DNA from: Candidatus Altiarchaeota archaeon
GTDB taxonomy: Archaea > Altiarchaeota > Altiarchaeia > IMC4 > QMZM01
DNA: 64,000 nucleotides
Reading direction: 5' to 3'
Assembly: GCA_038891095.1 (NCBI GenBank)
Contig: JAWAEV010000001.1
Span: forward strand, 297,292 to 361,291
The translations under genes and the position numbers were made by a program. Position 1 is the stretch's first letter. Every line of letters starts with the position of its first letter. Below are positions 8,869 through 17,084 of this stretch, piece after piece. A model generated the notes under the pieces. That model was not told the origin of the DNA. It worked only from the letters and a program-made list of their open reading frames with translations, and did no database searches.

Positions 8869-9669
8869 ATGTATGTGGTGAAAGCATCTGGTAGAAAAGA
8901 AGAATTTGATGAAAAGAAAATTTTTAGAACTTGTATTAGAGCAGGTGCGTCTAAAAAATTTGCAAATGAAGTTGCAAAATCTGTAAAAGAGAAATGCTAT
9001 GAGGGTATTACAACAAGAGAGATCTTGGAGTTAACACTAAAATTTCTAAAAAAGGAAAGGCCAGGAATTTCTTCAAGATATGACTTAAAAAGGGCAATTA
9101 TGTGTCTTGGTCCAACAGGATTTCCATTTGAGCAATTTTTTGCTGAGATTTTGCAGAACTATGGATATGAAACCTGTGTTAGAAAAATTTTCAATGGTAA
9201 ATGTGTTGAACAGGAAGTCGACATTGCAGCAAAAAAAGATTCACTTAAGTATATGATAGAATGTAAGTATCATAACGAACTCGGAATTTATACTGGACTA
9301 AAAGTTGCACTCTATACATATGCAAGATTTCTTGATTTAAGTGATAAATTTGATAAAGCATGGCTTGTTTGTAATACAAAACTCACTAATGAGGCAATAA
9401 AATATTCAAATTGTGTTGGAATAAAAATAACAAGTTGGCACTATCCAAAAGATGAAAGTCTTGAAAAATTGATTGAGAAAAAAAAGCTTTACCCTATAAC
9501 AATTTTAAAATCTTTAAATTTTTGTGAGAAGATAAAGGTAATGCAAGCAAATTTTTTGCTAATTGAAGATTTTCTTAGGTATAGTAAAGAAGAGCTCAGA
9601 AAGAGAACTAAAATAAAAATGGGAAGTTTAGAAAAAGCAATTGAAGAGACAAAGAATATTTTGTTATAA
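8869..9669 (+). CDS. ATP-cone domain fused to PD-(D/E)xK (Mrr-like) restriction-endonuclease-like domain, with C-terminal HhH-like tail
   Basis: 266 aa. The N-terminus MYVVKASGRKEEFDEKKI... resembles the NrdR/RNR ATP-cone. The middle FEQFFAEILQNYGYE..EVDIAAKKDSLKYMIECKYH matches the E..D..EXK nuclease core. Confidence 0.55.
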   Translation: MYVVKASGRKEEFDEKKIFRTCIRAGASKKFANEVAKSVKEKCYEGITTREILELTLKFLKKERPGISSRYDLKRAIMCLGPTGFPFEQFFAEILQNYGYETCVRKIFNGKCVEQEVDIAAKKDSLKYMIECKYHNELGIYTGLKVALYTYARFLDLSDKFDKAWLVCNTKLTNEAIKYSNCVGIKITSWHYPKDESLEKLIEKKKLYPITILKSLNFCEKIKVMQANFLLIEDFLRYSKEELRKRTKIKMGSLEKAIEETKNILL

Positions 9670-9676
9670 TTTAAAT

Positions 9677-10276
9677 TTATTTTCCTTTCCTCTCATGAGC
9701 TTTTATACTGGGTCTTAATTTCTCTGTACCTTTACCCTTCTTTGTTAAGCCGCGAGATTTTTTTCCAGCTGGAGTTAAGCCTCGATAAACTCTTTTTGTA
9801 TGCTGCTTTTCACAAATCCAGTTTATATCTTTATCTGCTTTTATTGCAGGGTGGTGTTTATCAACAAGTATGACCTCGTACCATTTATGTTTTCCATCTT
9901 CTAAAATCCAATAAGAACCAAGAACTTCCAAATTTGGAAATTTTTTTTGAGCACGTTCTTCTGCAATTCTTTGAATTGATTTTTCTGGAGTTATCTTTTC
10001 AACACCCATCCTCTTTGGTCCTCTTCCAGAATTTGGCCTTGATTTTCTCATACCACCTTTTCTTACTCTTACCCTAGCAATAACAAAACCCTGCTTTGAT
10101 TTATAGCCATATCTTCTTGCTTTGTCAATTCTTGTTGGTTTTTCTATTCTCACAACAGATGCTGAATCTCTGAAAATTTTTTTCCTTTCAAGAAGAAGTT
10201 TTTTTAACTCCTTATTTTCCCTGCTTTTCTTTGTTATTCCACGATATAGTTCCTTAACATATTTGTAATAGCCCAT
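9677..10276 (-). CDS. rpl15e: 50S ribosomal protein L15e
   Basis: 199 aa, highly basic. MGYYKYVKELYR N-terminus and RVRVRKGGMRKSRP are the L15e signature. Confidence 0.85.
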   Translation of the reverse strand: MGYYKYVKELYRGITKKSRENKELKKLLLERKKIFRDSASVVRIEKPTRIDKARRYGYKSKQGFVIARVRVRKGGMRKSRPNSGRGPKRMGVEKITPEKSIQRIAEERAQKKFPNLEVLGSYWILEDGKHKWYEVILVDKHHPAIKADKDINWICEKQHTKRVYRGLTPAGKKSRGLTKKGKGTEKLRPSIKAHERKGK

Positions 10277-10347
10277 TTTTATACCCTTGTGGATTCAAGA
10301 TAAGCTCACATTTCCGAACGGGTTTATTAATCTTTCTTCTAATATTC

Positions 10348-10355
10348 TTTTATAT
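10348..10355 (+). promoter_or_regulatory. TATA-like box (ttttatat) about 32-39 nt upstream of the GTPase ATG; consistent with a leaderless or near-leaderless archaeal transcript
   Basis: AT-rich element in the divergent intergenic region between rpl15e and the GTPase gene. Confidence 0.25.
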
Positions 10356-10386
10356 TCTCAGTTAATGAATAAAAATAAGCATTGAA

Positions 10387-11010
10387 ATGCCACTAAGAGC
10401 AATACTAAGATTTCTAAGGAGATTTTTTTGGAGGAAAAAAGTTATAAGATTGGGCTTATATGGCCCACCTAACTCAGGAAAGACAACACTAGCAAACAGA
10501 ATCTCTATTGACTGGACTGGTGAACCAGTTGGAACTGTTTCTGAAATTCCACATGAAACAAGAGAAGTTCAAAAGAAAGAGCGAATAACAGTGAGGTTTG
10601 GAAATAAAAAAATCGTGATGAGTTTAATTGATATGCCGGGAATTGCAACAAAAATCGACTATGAAGAATTCCTTAAATATGGGCTAACAAAAGAAAATGC
10701 AAAACAAAGAGCAAAAGAAGCAACGAAAGGTGTAATAGAAGCAATAAAATGGCTTGAGCATGTTGATACTGCATTAGTTGTTTTAGATTCGACAAAGGAT
10801 CCATACACACAAGTTAATATAACAATAATTGGAAATCTTGAAGCAAGAAAAATTCCAGTTATATTAGTTGCGAATAAAACTGATTTAAAAGATTCAAAAC
10901 CAGAATTGGTTGAAGAAGCATTTCCACAGCATCCGGTTGTGAAAGTTTCAGCTCTTAAGGGATATAATTTAGAAGAATTATACAACGCTATATATAAATA
11001 TTCAAAATGA
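10387..11010 (+). CDS. Small P-loop GTPase (archaeal conserved, first gene of GTPase-DUF2073-Zn-ribbon triad)
   Basis: 207 aa. G1 GPPNSGKTT, G3 DMPG, G4 NKTD. Confidence 0.6.
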   Translation: MPLRAILRFLRRFFWRKKVIRLGLYGPPNSGKTTLANRISIDWTGEPVGTVSEIPHETREVQKKERITVRFGNKKIVMSLIDMPGIATKIDYEEFLKYGLTKENAKQRAKEATKGVIEAIKWLEHVDTALVVLDSTKDPYTQVNITIIGNLEARKIPVILVANKTDLKDSKPELVEEAFPQHPVVKVSALKGYNLEELYNAIYKYSK

Positions 11011-11360
11011 AAATAGAGCTCGAATTTATTTCATCAGATGTTCTTAACCCAATGGGCGAGGACAGTAAAATAGAGTATATCATAGAAAAGATAAAAAAGG
11101 ATAAAATTATCATAACAGATGATAACCTCTCTCATAGAGAAGAAGCTCGGCTTATTGAGGAAACAATGAAAAGGATAAATGAGAATTTTCCAGGAATTGA
11201 AGTTTCAACACTTGGAGAGACAAAACAAGGGATTAGAGAAAAGCTTATAAGACTACTTGGTGGAAAAACAGGCGGGCTTACAATAATTGGACCTTCCAAG
11301 CTAATAAGAAAAATAAAAAAAGAGCCACAACAAATCTTTGTTTTAGCTGAGAAGAAATAA
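11007..11360 (+). CDS. Conserved archaeal protein (DUF2073-like), translationally coupled to upstream GTPase
   Basis: 117 aa. 4-nt overlap with the GTPase stop. Family assignment from memory, not verified. Confidence 0.35.
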   Translation: MKIELEFISSDVLNPMGEDSKIEYIIEKIKKDKIIITDDNLSHREEARLIEETMKRINENFPGIEVSTLGETKQGIREKLIRLLGGKTGGLTIIGPSKLIRKIKKEPQQIFVLAEKK

Positions 11361-11361
11361 A

Positions 11362-11742
11362 ATGCCTCATAAATGTGCTCGTTGCGGAGAAATTTATGAT
11401 GATGGCGCTCCTGAATTAATTCAAGGTTGCAAATGCGGAGCAAGGGTTTTTTTATATATTCGTGTTGGAGAAAACGAAAGTAAAGAGGAGGTTATTGCTA
11501 AGCTGAAGGGAAAAGAAATTTCAAGTTCTGATTTAGAATGGTTAGATAAGGAATTTGGAGATAAATTACAAGCAGAAGGAAAGACAATACATCTTGATGT
11601 TGAGACATTAGAAAGAATTGATGAAGGTAAATTTAAATTAGATGTTGCCTCTTTAATGAGAGGAAAACCAGTGGTTATAAAAGCAAAGGAAGGAGTTTAT
11701 TACATAGATATCCCATATGCATTTAAGAAAAAGAAGAAATAA
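11362..11742 (+). CDS. Zn-ribbon protein (DUF2072-like)
   Basis: 126 aa. N-terminal CxRCG...CKCG zinc ribbon (MPHKCARCGEIYDDGAPELIQGCKCG). Starts 2 nt after the previous stop. Confidence 0.4.
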   Translation: MPHKCARCGEIYDDGAPELIQGCKCGARVFLYIRVGENESKEEVIAKLKGKEISSSDLEWLDKEFGDKLQAEGKTIHLDVETLERIDEGKFKLDVASLMRGKPVVIKAKEGVYYIDIPYAFKKKKK

Positions 11743-11847
11743 CAGATGAAAATTTAGTAGATAAAAAAGTCTAATGTAGGATGCCAGAATATCTCCTTCT
11801 AATATTTACTTTGCAATAGTTATGATACATGAAAGAGAATTTATAAG

Positions 11848-12675
11848 TTAAACTTTCAACTTTGAGGAAATTTCTTTTGCTTGAAAATTTGCTTTTTGAA
11901 GCAAATAAGGAATTGTTTCTTTTGTTGGAATTTCTGTATTTAATGCCAAATTTAAAGTTTCGTTATATGCTCGTTGGATGAACAACTTTACAGTGTATTT
12001 AGTATAGAAATTTAAATTTAGTGATAAATTTATTGCCTCTCTTATTGCAGAATTAATTTTTTGATTAACAACATTTTTATTAATCATGAGAACATCTCTG
12101 CTGTAGATTAAACCATTATTATAAATCGCTCTTATACTGAACGAAATTTCTTTTGGAAAAACATTTAATCTTGGTAAAATTGCTGCAAGTTCTTTTGAAA
12201 TAGAACTATTTGCTTTTGCAACAACTGAATTCTCTGTGACAAAAATTTTTCCACCCTTTATCTGAGCTTTTATGCCAACTTTTTGTAGTTCTGCAAGAAT
12301 AGGTCCTGCTCTCAGACTTGTTTCTCCTGCAGGAATGACTATATCATAAGGTGCTTTATCTCCAGGTTTTAGTGGTGCAAATGTTTTATTTTCTTCAATT
12401 AGACTATTTACTTGTAATGGATCTAATTCTGAGAGCAATAATGCTGTTGAACCTTCAACCTCATTTACAATTTTGCTAAGTTTTGATTTTTCAAGAGCCT
12501 TTTTTATAATGCTTTTCTTACTAACATATATCTGAAGTTTATCCCTTAACTTTTTTCTCATAAGTTGAAATTGCTTTGAAGGAATTCCTAAAATTCCAAC
12601 AACTGCAACTGTTTTTGATTCAGAAATTTTCTTTGATAATTCTTCAACTTGCCTTAGTTTCCAATCTGCAACCAT
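11848..12675 (-). CDS. rpl10: 50S ribosomal protein L10 / acidic ribosomal protein P0 (short form lacking acidic C-terminal tail)
   Basis: 275 aa. MVADWKLRQVEELSKKI...VAVVGILGIPSKQFQ..RKKLR is the P0 N-terminal rRNA-binding domain. No D/E-rich C-terminus. Confidence 0.75.
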   Translation of the reverse strand: MVADWKLRQVEELSKKISESKTVAVVGILGIPSKQFQLMRKKLRDKLQIYVSKKSIIKKALEKSKLSKIVNEVEGSTALLLSELDPLQVNSLIEENKTFAPLKPGDKAPYDIVIPAGETSLRAGPILAELQKVGIKAQIKGGKIFVTENSVVAKANSSISKELAAILPRLNVFPKEISFSIRAIYNNGLIYSRDVLMINKNVVNQKINSAIREAINLSLNLNFYTKYTVKLFIQRAYNETLNLALNTEIPTKETIPYLLQKANFQAKEISSKLKV

Positions 12676-12726
12676 TTTGAGAAATAAAATATATAATAGC
12701 AGTTGTTATTTAAATTAGAATCTAAA

Positions 12727-13431
12727 TTAGGGGCAGTTAACAAAGTAGAACTCTACAAAATCATTATTTTTCATTCCTAAGGCTTTCCATGTACCATCTG
12801 CTAAATCAATCCCTGCCAGATTTTTAACTTTTCTTCCAAAAGTATCTAAACCATTATTATAATTCCAATAAAATGCTGCGTGTGCTTCAGGTAAGCCTCT
12901 TGGTAATGTCGTAAAGGTTTCTCTATCAAAATCCCAATAGTTATCCTTAGTATTCCAAGGCCCAGTGTCTTTAACTCTTTCGATTACACTCTTACCATTT
13001 TTTGGATTTATAACTTTAACGCACTTATTTTTTGCTTTATATGAAGGCAACGCAACAAATCTATCATTCTCCTTGATTATATGGCCAGTTGATGTTTTTT
13101 TGCCAACTAAACCTTCTCTTGTTGCAAATACTGTAAATGGCTTTGCCATATAACTTACTGTTGGTGTAGTTAAAATTTTTCCAGAATAAAAATTTTCTGT
13201 TTTTAATTTATTATTTTGTATACTTACTAAATTTGAAGGTTTTTTAGAGATAGTACTTATACTTAACTTTTGTTGATTACTGTTGTATAGAACGCTATTT
13301 TTATTATTTGCTATTTTTGATATGCTAACTGAAGAAATTGGTAGATTTGAAATTTCAATTTTATCTGCACAACAAATTTGTAAAAAATAAAAAACAAAAA
13401 TTGATATTATAAAAAAACTTATGTTTTTCAT
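12727..13431 (-). CDS. Secreted protein with C-terminal RlpA/3D-like double-psi beta-barrel domain (possible glycan-cleaving or binding domain)
   Basis: 234 aa. N-terminal signal/TM segment, then an Asn/Ser-rich linker. The C-terminal TSTGHIIKENDRFVALPSYKAKNKCVKVINPKNGKSVIERVKDTGPW resembles the RlpA/MltA-3D/expansin DPBB motif ...TASGE...A...LP.G..V.V.N..NG.SV.V.DRGP. Confidence 0.45.
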   Translation of the reverse strand: MKNISFFIISIFVFYFLQICCADKIEISNLPISSVSISKIANNKNSVLYNSNQQKLSISTISKKPSNLVSIQNNKLKTENFYSGKILTTPTVSYMAKPFTVFATREGLVGKKTSTGHIIKENDRFVALPSYKAKNKCVKVINPKNGKSVIERVKDTGPWNTKDNYWDFDRETFTTLPRGLPEAHAAFYWNYNNGLDTFGRKVKNLAGIDLADGTWKALGMKNNDFVEFYFVNCP

Positions 13432-13498
13432 TCTAAATTAAAAATTTTTTATGAATATTATATTAAATTCTATATATAAAAATTGATATTATATCTTT

Positions 13499-14422
13499 TC
13501 ATAAAAAATTTTTGAATAATGCGCATCTGTATGGGTCAGAAGCATTTAGGTTTTTAGTTATGGCATAAGCCCTTGCTTTACAACCTTTTCCACATATATT
13601 CTTTTTTTCACATTTACCGCAAGATTTTTCAAGACCTTCTCTTACTTTCTTTACTACATCTGAATTTAATGATTTTGAAAGTTCTCCGAAATTAAACGCA
13701 TTCCCTACAATTAGTTCTCTTAGCATAGGACAAGGAGTTATTTTTCCATCTGCAAGAACAGCAACTCTTGAATAACCAACTCCGCATGATGGCATTACAA
13801 CTTTGTCATTAGAATTTAAAAATTTTTTTATTATTTTAGCATATTCCTTAGCACAAATACCATTGTTAATTGCCCTTCCTGTCGGGACAACAACATCAAC
13901 TCTATAGTCAGAAACACCAAATTTCTGTAATAATTTTATCATCTTGTCAATCTCATTTTTATTTTTTTTAGAAAGAACTGTGCTAACTCGAACAGGAATT
14001 TCAAATGAATTGCAAATTTTTATAGCATTTACCGCTTTTTTAAAAGAACCTCTTATACCACGAATTTCATCATGAATTTTGGAAGATACAGCATCTAAAC
14101 TTATTTGAACATATTTGATAAATTCTCTTTTTTTAGAGATATCTTCTGCAAATTTATAAAAAAAGAAGCCATTTGTTTCAAGCTCTATTCTCAAGCCCAT
14201 CTCTGCAGCATAGTTAAAAATTTCAATAAAATTTTTATGCAATGTTGGCTCACCACCAGTTAAAGCGATTCTATTTCCTCCGATATCTGAAAACTCATTT
14301 ATAATTCTCAATGCTATGTCTACTGGCATATCAATTCCATTTCTCTTTGAATTTGCATAACAATGTTCACATCTAAGATTGCATTTGCTTGTTAATTCAA
14401 GATCAATTTTTTCAAGTTTCAT
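13499..14422 (-). CDS. Radical SAM enzyme with C-terminal SPASM/twitch domain (peptide/protein-modifying maturase family)
   Basis: 307 aa. CNLRCEHC (Cx3Cx2C) near the N-terminus, GGEPTL, and C-terminal Cys cluster CGVGYSRVAVLADGKITPCP...CGKCEKKNICGKGCKARAY typical of SPASM auxiliary 4Fe-4S sites. Confidence 0.8.
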   Translation of the reverse strand: MKLEKIDLELTSKCNLRCEHCYANSKRNGIDMPVDIALRIINEFSDIGGNRIALTGGEPTLHKNFIEIFNYAAEMGLRIELETNGFFFYKFAEDISKKREFIKYVQISLDAVSSKIHDEIRGIRGSFKKAVNAIKICNSFEIPVRVSTVLSKKNKNEIDKMIKLLQKFGVSDYRVDVVVPTGRAINNGICAKEYAKIIKKFLNSNDKVVMPSCGVGYSRVAVLADGKITPCPMLRELIVGNAFNFGELSKSLNSDVVKKVREGLEKSCGKCEKKNICGKGCKARAYAITKNLNASDPYRCALFKNFL

Positions 14423-14470
14423 TTTTTAGGTAAAATTAATAAAAAGAAGCCTTAACATTGGCGCCTCATG

Positions 14471-14677
14471 TTAAGGCTTAAAAATTTTCCCTATTTTGGA
14501 AGAACTGTTAGGATAACTTTTCTTTCCATTTTTCTCACCTCGCAAATTTTTATCTTGATGCGAATATGAAAAAAACTTTTGCTGAACTGTAGAGAGCATA
14601 AGTAGAAGGTAGAGAGCAAAAAAAGAACACAGAACAGCAAAAGTTATAAGTAAATTTATTGCAATAAAATCAAACAA
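14471..14677 (-). CDS. Small (68 aa) membrane protein immediately upstream of the rSAM/SPASM gene
   Basis: One strong TM helix then a polar Lys/Ser-rich tail. A 48-nt gap separates it from the rSAM start, on the same strand. Confidence 0.3.
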   Translation of the reverse strand: MFDFIAINLLITFAVLCSFFALYLLLMLSTVQQKFFSYSHQDKNLRGEKNGKKSYPNSSSKIGKIFKP

Positions 14678-14830
14678 AATAAAAGCATTATAGATGTAAT
14701 TATTTTAGAAATTTTAGAATTAAGCCTAAGTGAATTTGAAAGTAGTGCATTTTTATTTGCTTTCTTGGACTTTATTTCTGACATTTTAATAATGGTATAA
14801 AATTAGATTTAGTAGATTAAAAATTAGAAT

Positions 14831-15466
14831 TTATAAAACTCTAACTGGCTCTGACATTGTTCTTTTTATGTATATTGAAGAAATTTTATCTTCTGGAATT
14901 TGCCTTTCAATTGCTATCAAAACTGTATTGAAATTCTCTAAAAGATCATCAGCTGACATATCTTCTGTGCCAATCGGAACATGAACTGCTAAACCTTTCT
15001 TTGATTTTATTCTCACAGAATTTTTATACTTTGAAATAATTTGTTCTAAATCTACATTTGATGGTAAAGGCTGAGGCATTTTTCCTCTTGTTCCAAGAAC
15101 AACTCCCCAAAATTTTCCAACAACTGGTAGAAGTTCTGGTTGAGATAGAAACCAATAACATTTACTTGCAATTTTTCTTATCTTTCGTTTATCTCTTGAG
15201 TATTCCTCTATTTCATGTCTGTCAAAAACATAATTGGAAAATTTTTTTGCTTTTAAATTTAAATCACCATCAGCAAAAACCCCAATTTCAGTTTCTTTCC
15301 CTCTGCTTTTTGGTAATTGTACAATAAGATTTAACTTATCTTTTGTTTCCAGATCAACACCATGCTTAAAATTTACTATCATTTCAATACTCTGCTTGAA
15401 TTTGCCTTTCTTTTTTTCTTTTTTCAAAAGTTCTTCCATTTTTTCAGAAATTTTTTTCTTATCCAT
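14831..15466 (-). CDS. rpl1: 50S ribosomal protein L1
   Basis: Start taken at MDKKKISEKMEELLKK (ATG at 15466), which abuts the rpl11 stop with a 1-nt gap; the longer ORF would overlap rpl11 by 50 nt. KFKQSIEMIVNFK and the GVFADGDL/VHVPIG motifs typify L1. Confidence 0.85.
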   Translation of the reverse strand: MDKKKISEKMEELLKKEKKKGKFKQSIEMIVNFKHGVDLETKDKLNLIVQLPKSRGKETEIGVFADGDLNLKAKKFSNYVFDRHEIEEYSRDKRKIRKIASKCYWFLSQPELLPVVGKFWGVVLGTRGKMPQPLPSNVDLEQIISKYKNSVRIKSKKGLAVHVPIGTEDMSADDLLENFNTVLIAIERQIPEDKISSIYIKRTMSEPVRVL

Positions 15467-15467
15467 T

Positions 15468-16208
15468 TTATTTCTTATCTTCCTTAACTGCTTTTTCTTT
15501 TTGTTGAGATACAACATCTACTGGTAATAACTGCTCATAAATTTGCTTTGGAATTCCTTCTTTCTCTAATCTATCTATTATTTGCTCCCTTGTTTTGCCT
15601 TGCATCTCATCAATAATTTTCTTTGTTTTTGCTTCAAGTTCTGCTCTTCTTGTTTCAATTTCCTTTCTTAATTTTTCTCTCTCCTCCTCAAGTTTTTTAA
15701 GTTCCTCTTCTGTTAATTCTGTTTTACTTGCCAATATTTTATCTTTGTATTTACCTCTATTTATTTCTTCAATTATTTCTCTTGCATTTTTTCCTTCAAC
15801 AAGTACTCCTAAGGATTGGCAAGTCCCTAAAACTTCTTTAACTTTTGCTATATTATCTTTTCCTAAGAAAGCATCGCTCTTCATTTTTGCAATTTTTATC
15901 ACTTGCTCTATTGCTAAATCCGCAACTTTTTCTGTTTTTGGGTTAGATGCGCCTTTTTCTATTCCTGCCTCTTTCTTTATTAACGCTGATGTTGGAGGTG
16001 TACCAACTTCTATAGTATAGCTTTTTGTGTCACTATCAACTATTATCCTAACTGGGACTTTCATTCCAACGAAGTCTTTTGTCGCATCATTAACAGCTTT
16101 TATTACTTCATTTATATTTAAACCTAATGGACCTAACATTGGACCAAGTGGTGGTCCAGGTGATGCTTTACCACCATCGATTAATTGCTCTACTATCTCT
16201 TTTGTCAT
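15468..16208 (-). CDS. rpl11: 50S ribosomal protein L11 with ~85-aa charged coiled-coil C-terminal extension
   Basis: 246 aa. The N-terminal 160 aa are canonical L11 (GGKASPGPPLGPMLGPLGLNINEV...). The C-terminal ...TEEELKKLEEEREKLRKEIETRRAELEAKTKK... is not part of standard L11. Confidence 0.8.
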   Translation of the reverse strand: MTKEIVEQLIDGGKASPGPPLGPMLGPLGLNINEVIKAVNDATKDFVGMKVPVRIIVDSDTKSYTIEVGTPPTSALIKKEAGIEKGASNPKTEKVADLAIEQVIKIAKMKSDAFLGKDNIAKVKEVLGTCQSLGVLVEGKNAREIIEEINRGKYKDKILASKTELTEEELKKLEEEREKLRKEIETRRAELEAKTKKIIDEMQGKTREQIIDRLEKEGIPKQIYEQLLPVDVVSQQKEKAVKEDKK

Positions 16209-16210
16209 TT

Positions 16211-16780
16211 TTATTCTTCTTCAATCTCATGAGAGACTTCTTTATTTTCTTCTTCTGTTTTTTGAGAAATTTCAGTTTCCTCCTCTTTTTTTATTAATTT
16301 TATATCATATGCTTTAACAATAACTGGAATTGGAACAGTTGCTTCAATAAGCTCTACAGTAATTTGATTCTTTGTGGTATCTATCCTAGCAACTCTTGCC
16401 TTTTCTCCTTTGAACGGCCCGTTAATCAATTCAACTAAATCTCCTTTGTTAACTCTCTCAACAATTGGTGTTGGTCTTAGTATTTTTTCTAACTCATCTA
16501 AGGTTATAACTCCTGCAGAATCTAAACTTCCTTTCTTTCTTAGTAAAAGTCCCTTTGTATGAGAGATCCCTCTAGCTAAATTATCAACTGCTCCTGGATT
16601 TTCAGCCTCGACTAAAACATAGCCTTTTAGTTCAGGAGCATATAAAATTGAGTAAATCCCACTCTCTGATTCATTATTTTTCTTTCTTGCAATTACTTCC
16701 TCATACATAAGTTGGGATACGATTTTTTCCTGATTTGTTGTTACTTTAACAATATATATCTTTGTATTTTGCTCTGACAT
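16211..16780 (-). CDS. spt5: Transcription elongation factor Spt5 (NusG homolog) with KOW domain and acidic tail
   Basis: 189 aa. NGN domain IYIVKVTTNQEK, KOW GDLVELINGPFKGEKARV, Glu-rich C-terminus. Sits in the conserved position between secE and rpl11. Confidence 0.8.
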   Translation of the reverse strand: MSEQNTKIYIVKVTTNQEKIVSQLMYEEVIARKKNNESESGIYSILYAPELKGYVLVEAENPGAVDNLARGISHTKGLLLRKKGSLDSAGVITLDELEKILRPTPIVERVNKGDLVELINGPFKGEKARVARIDTTKNQITVELIEATVPIPVIVKAYDIKLIKKEEETEISQKTEEENKEVSHEIEEE

Positions 16781-16835
16781 TTTATAGTGAGAGAATTAAG
16801 ATTTGGTTAAATTAAAATAAAAATAGCGCAGATTT

Positions 16836-17024
16836 TTATTTAATTAAATTTGATATGGTCTTGGATATAAGGAACACTAAAAATCCTATAAGACCTATGA
16901 CAATTATTCCAACACCTGTAATTTTTGCAATTTCAAGGTATTCATATCTTTTTGGTTTTCTTGTTAATCTAAGTATCCTTCTAACTTCAAGAAAAATTTC
17001 AACTATCTTATTCTTTATACCCAT
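16836..17024 (-). CDS. secE: Protein translocase subunit SecE (Sec61 gamma)
   Basis: 62 aa. LEVRRILRLTRKPKRYEY followed by a single TM helix. Conserved position upstream of spt5. Confidence 0.7.
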   Translation of the reverse strand: MGIKNKIVEIFLEVRRILRLTRKPKRYEYLEIAKITGVGIIVIGLIGFLVFLISKTISNLIK

Positions 17025-17084
17025 TCTGAGAGATAAAAATAATAGAATTTTAATAAATTTATTGCCTCAGTAGTTAAGAGGATA

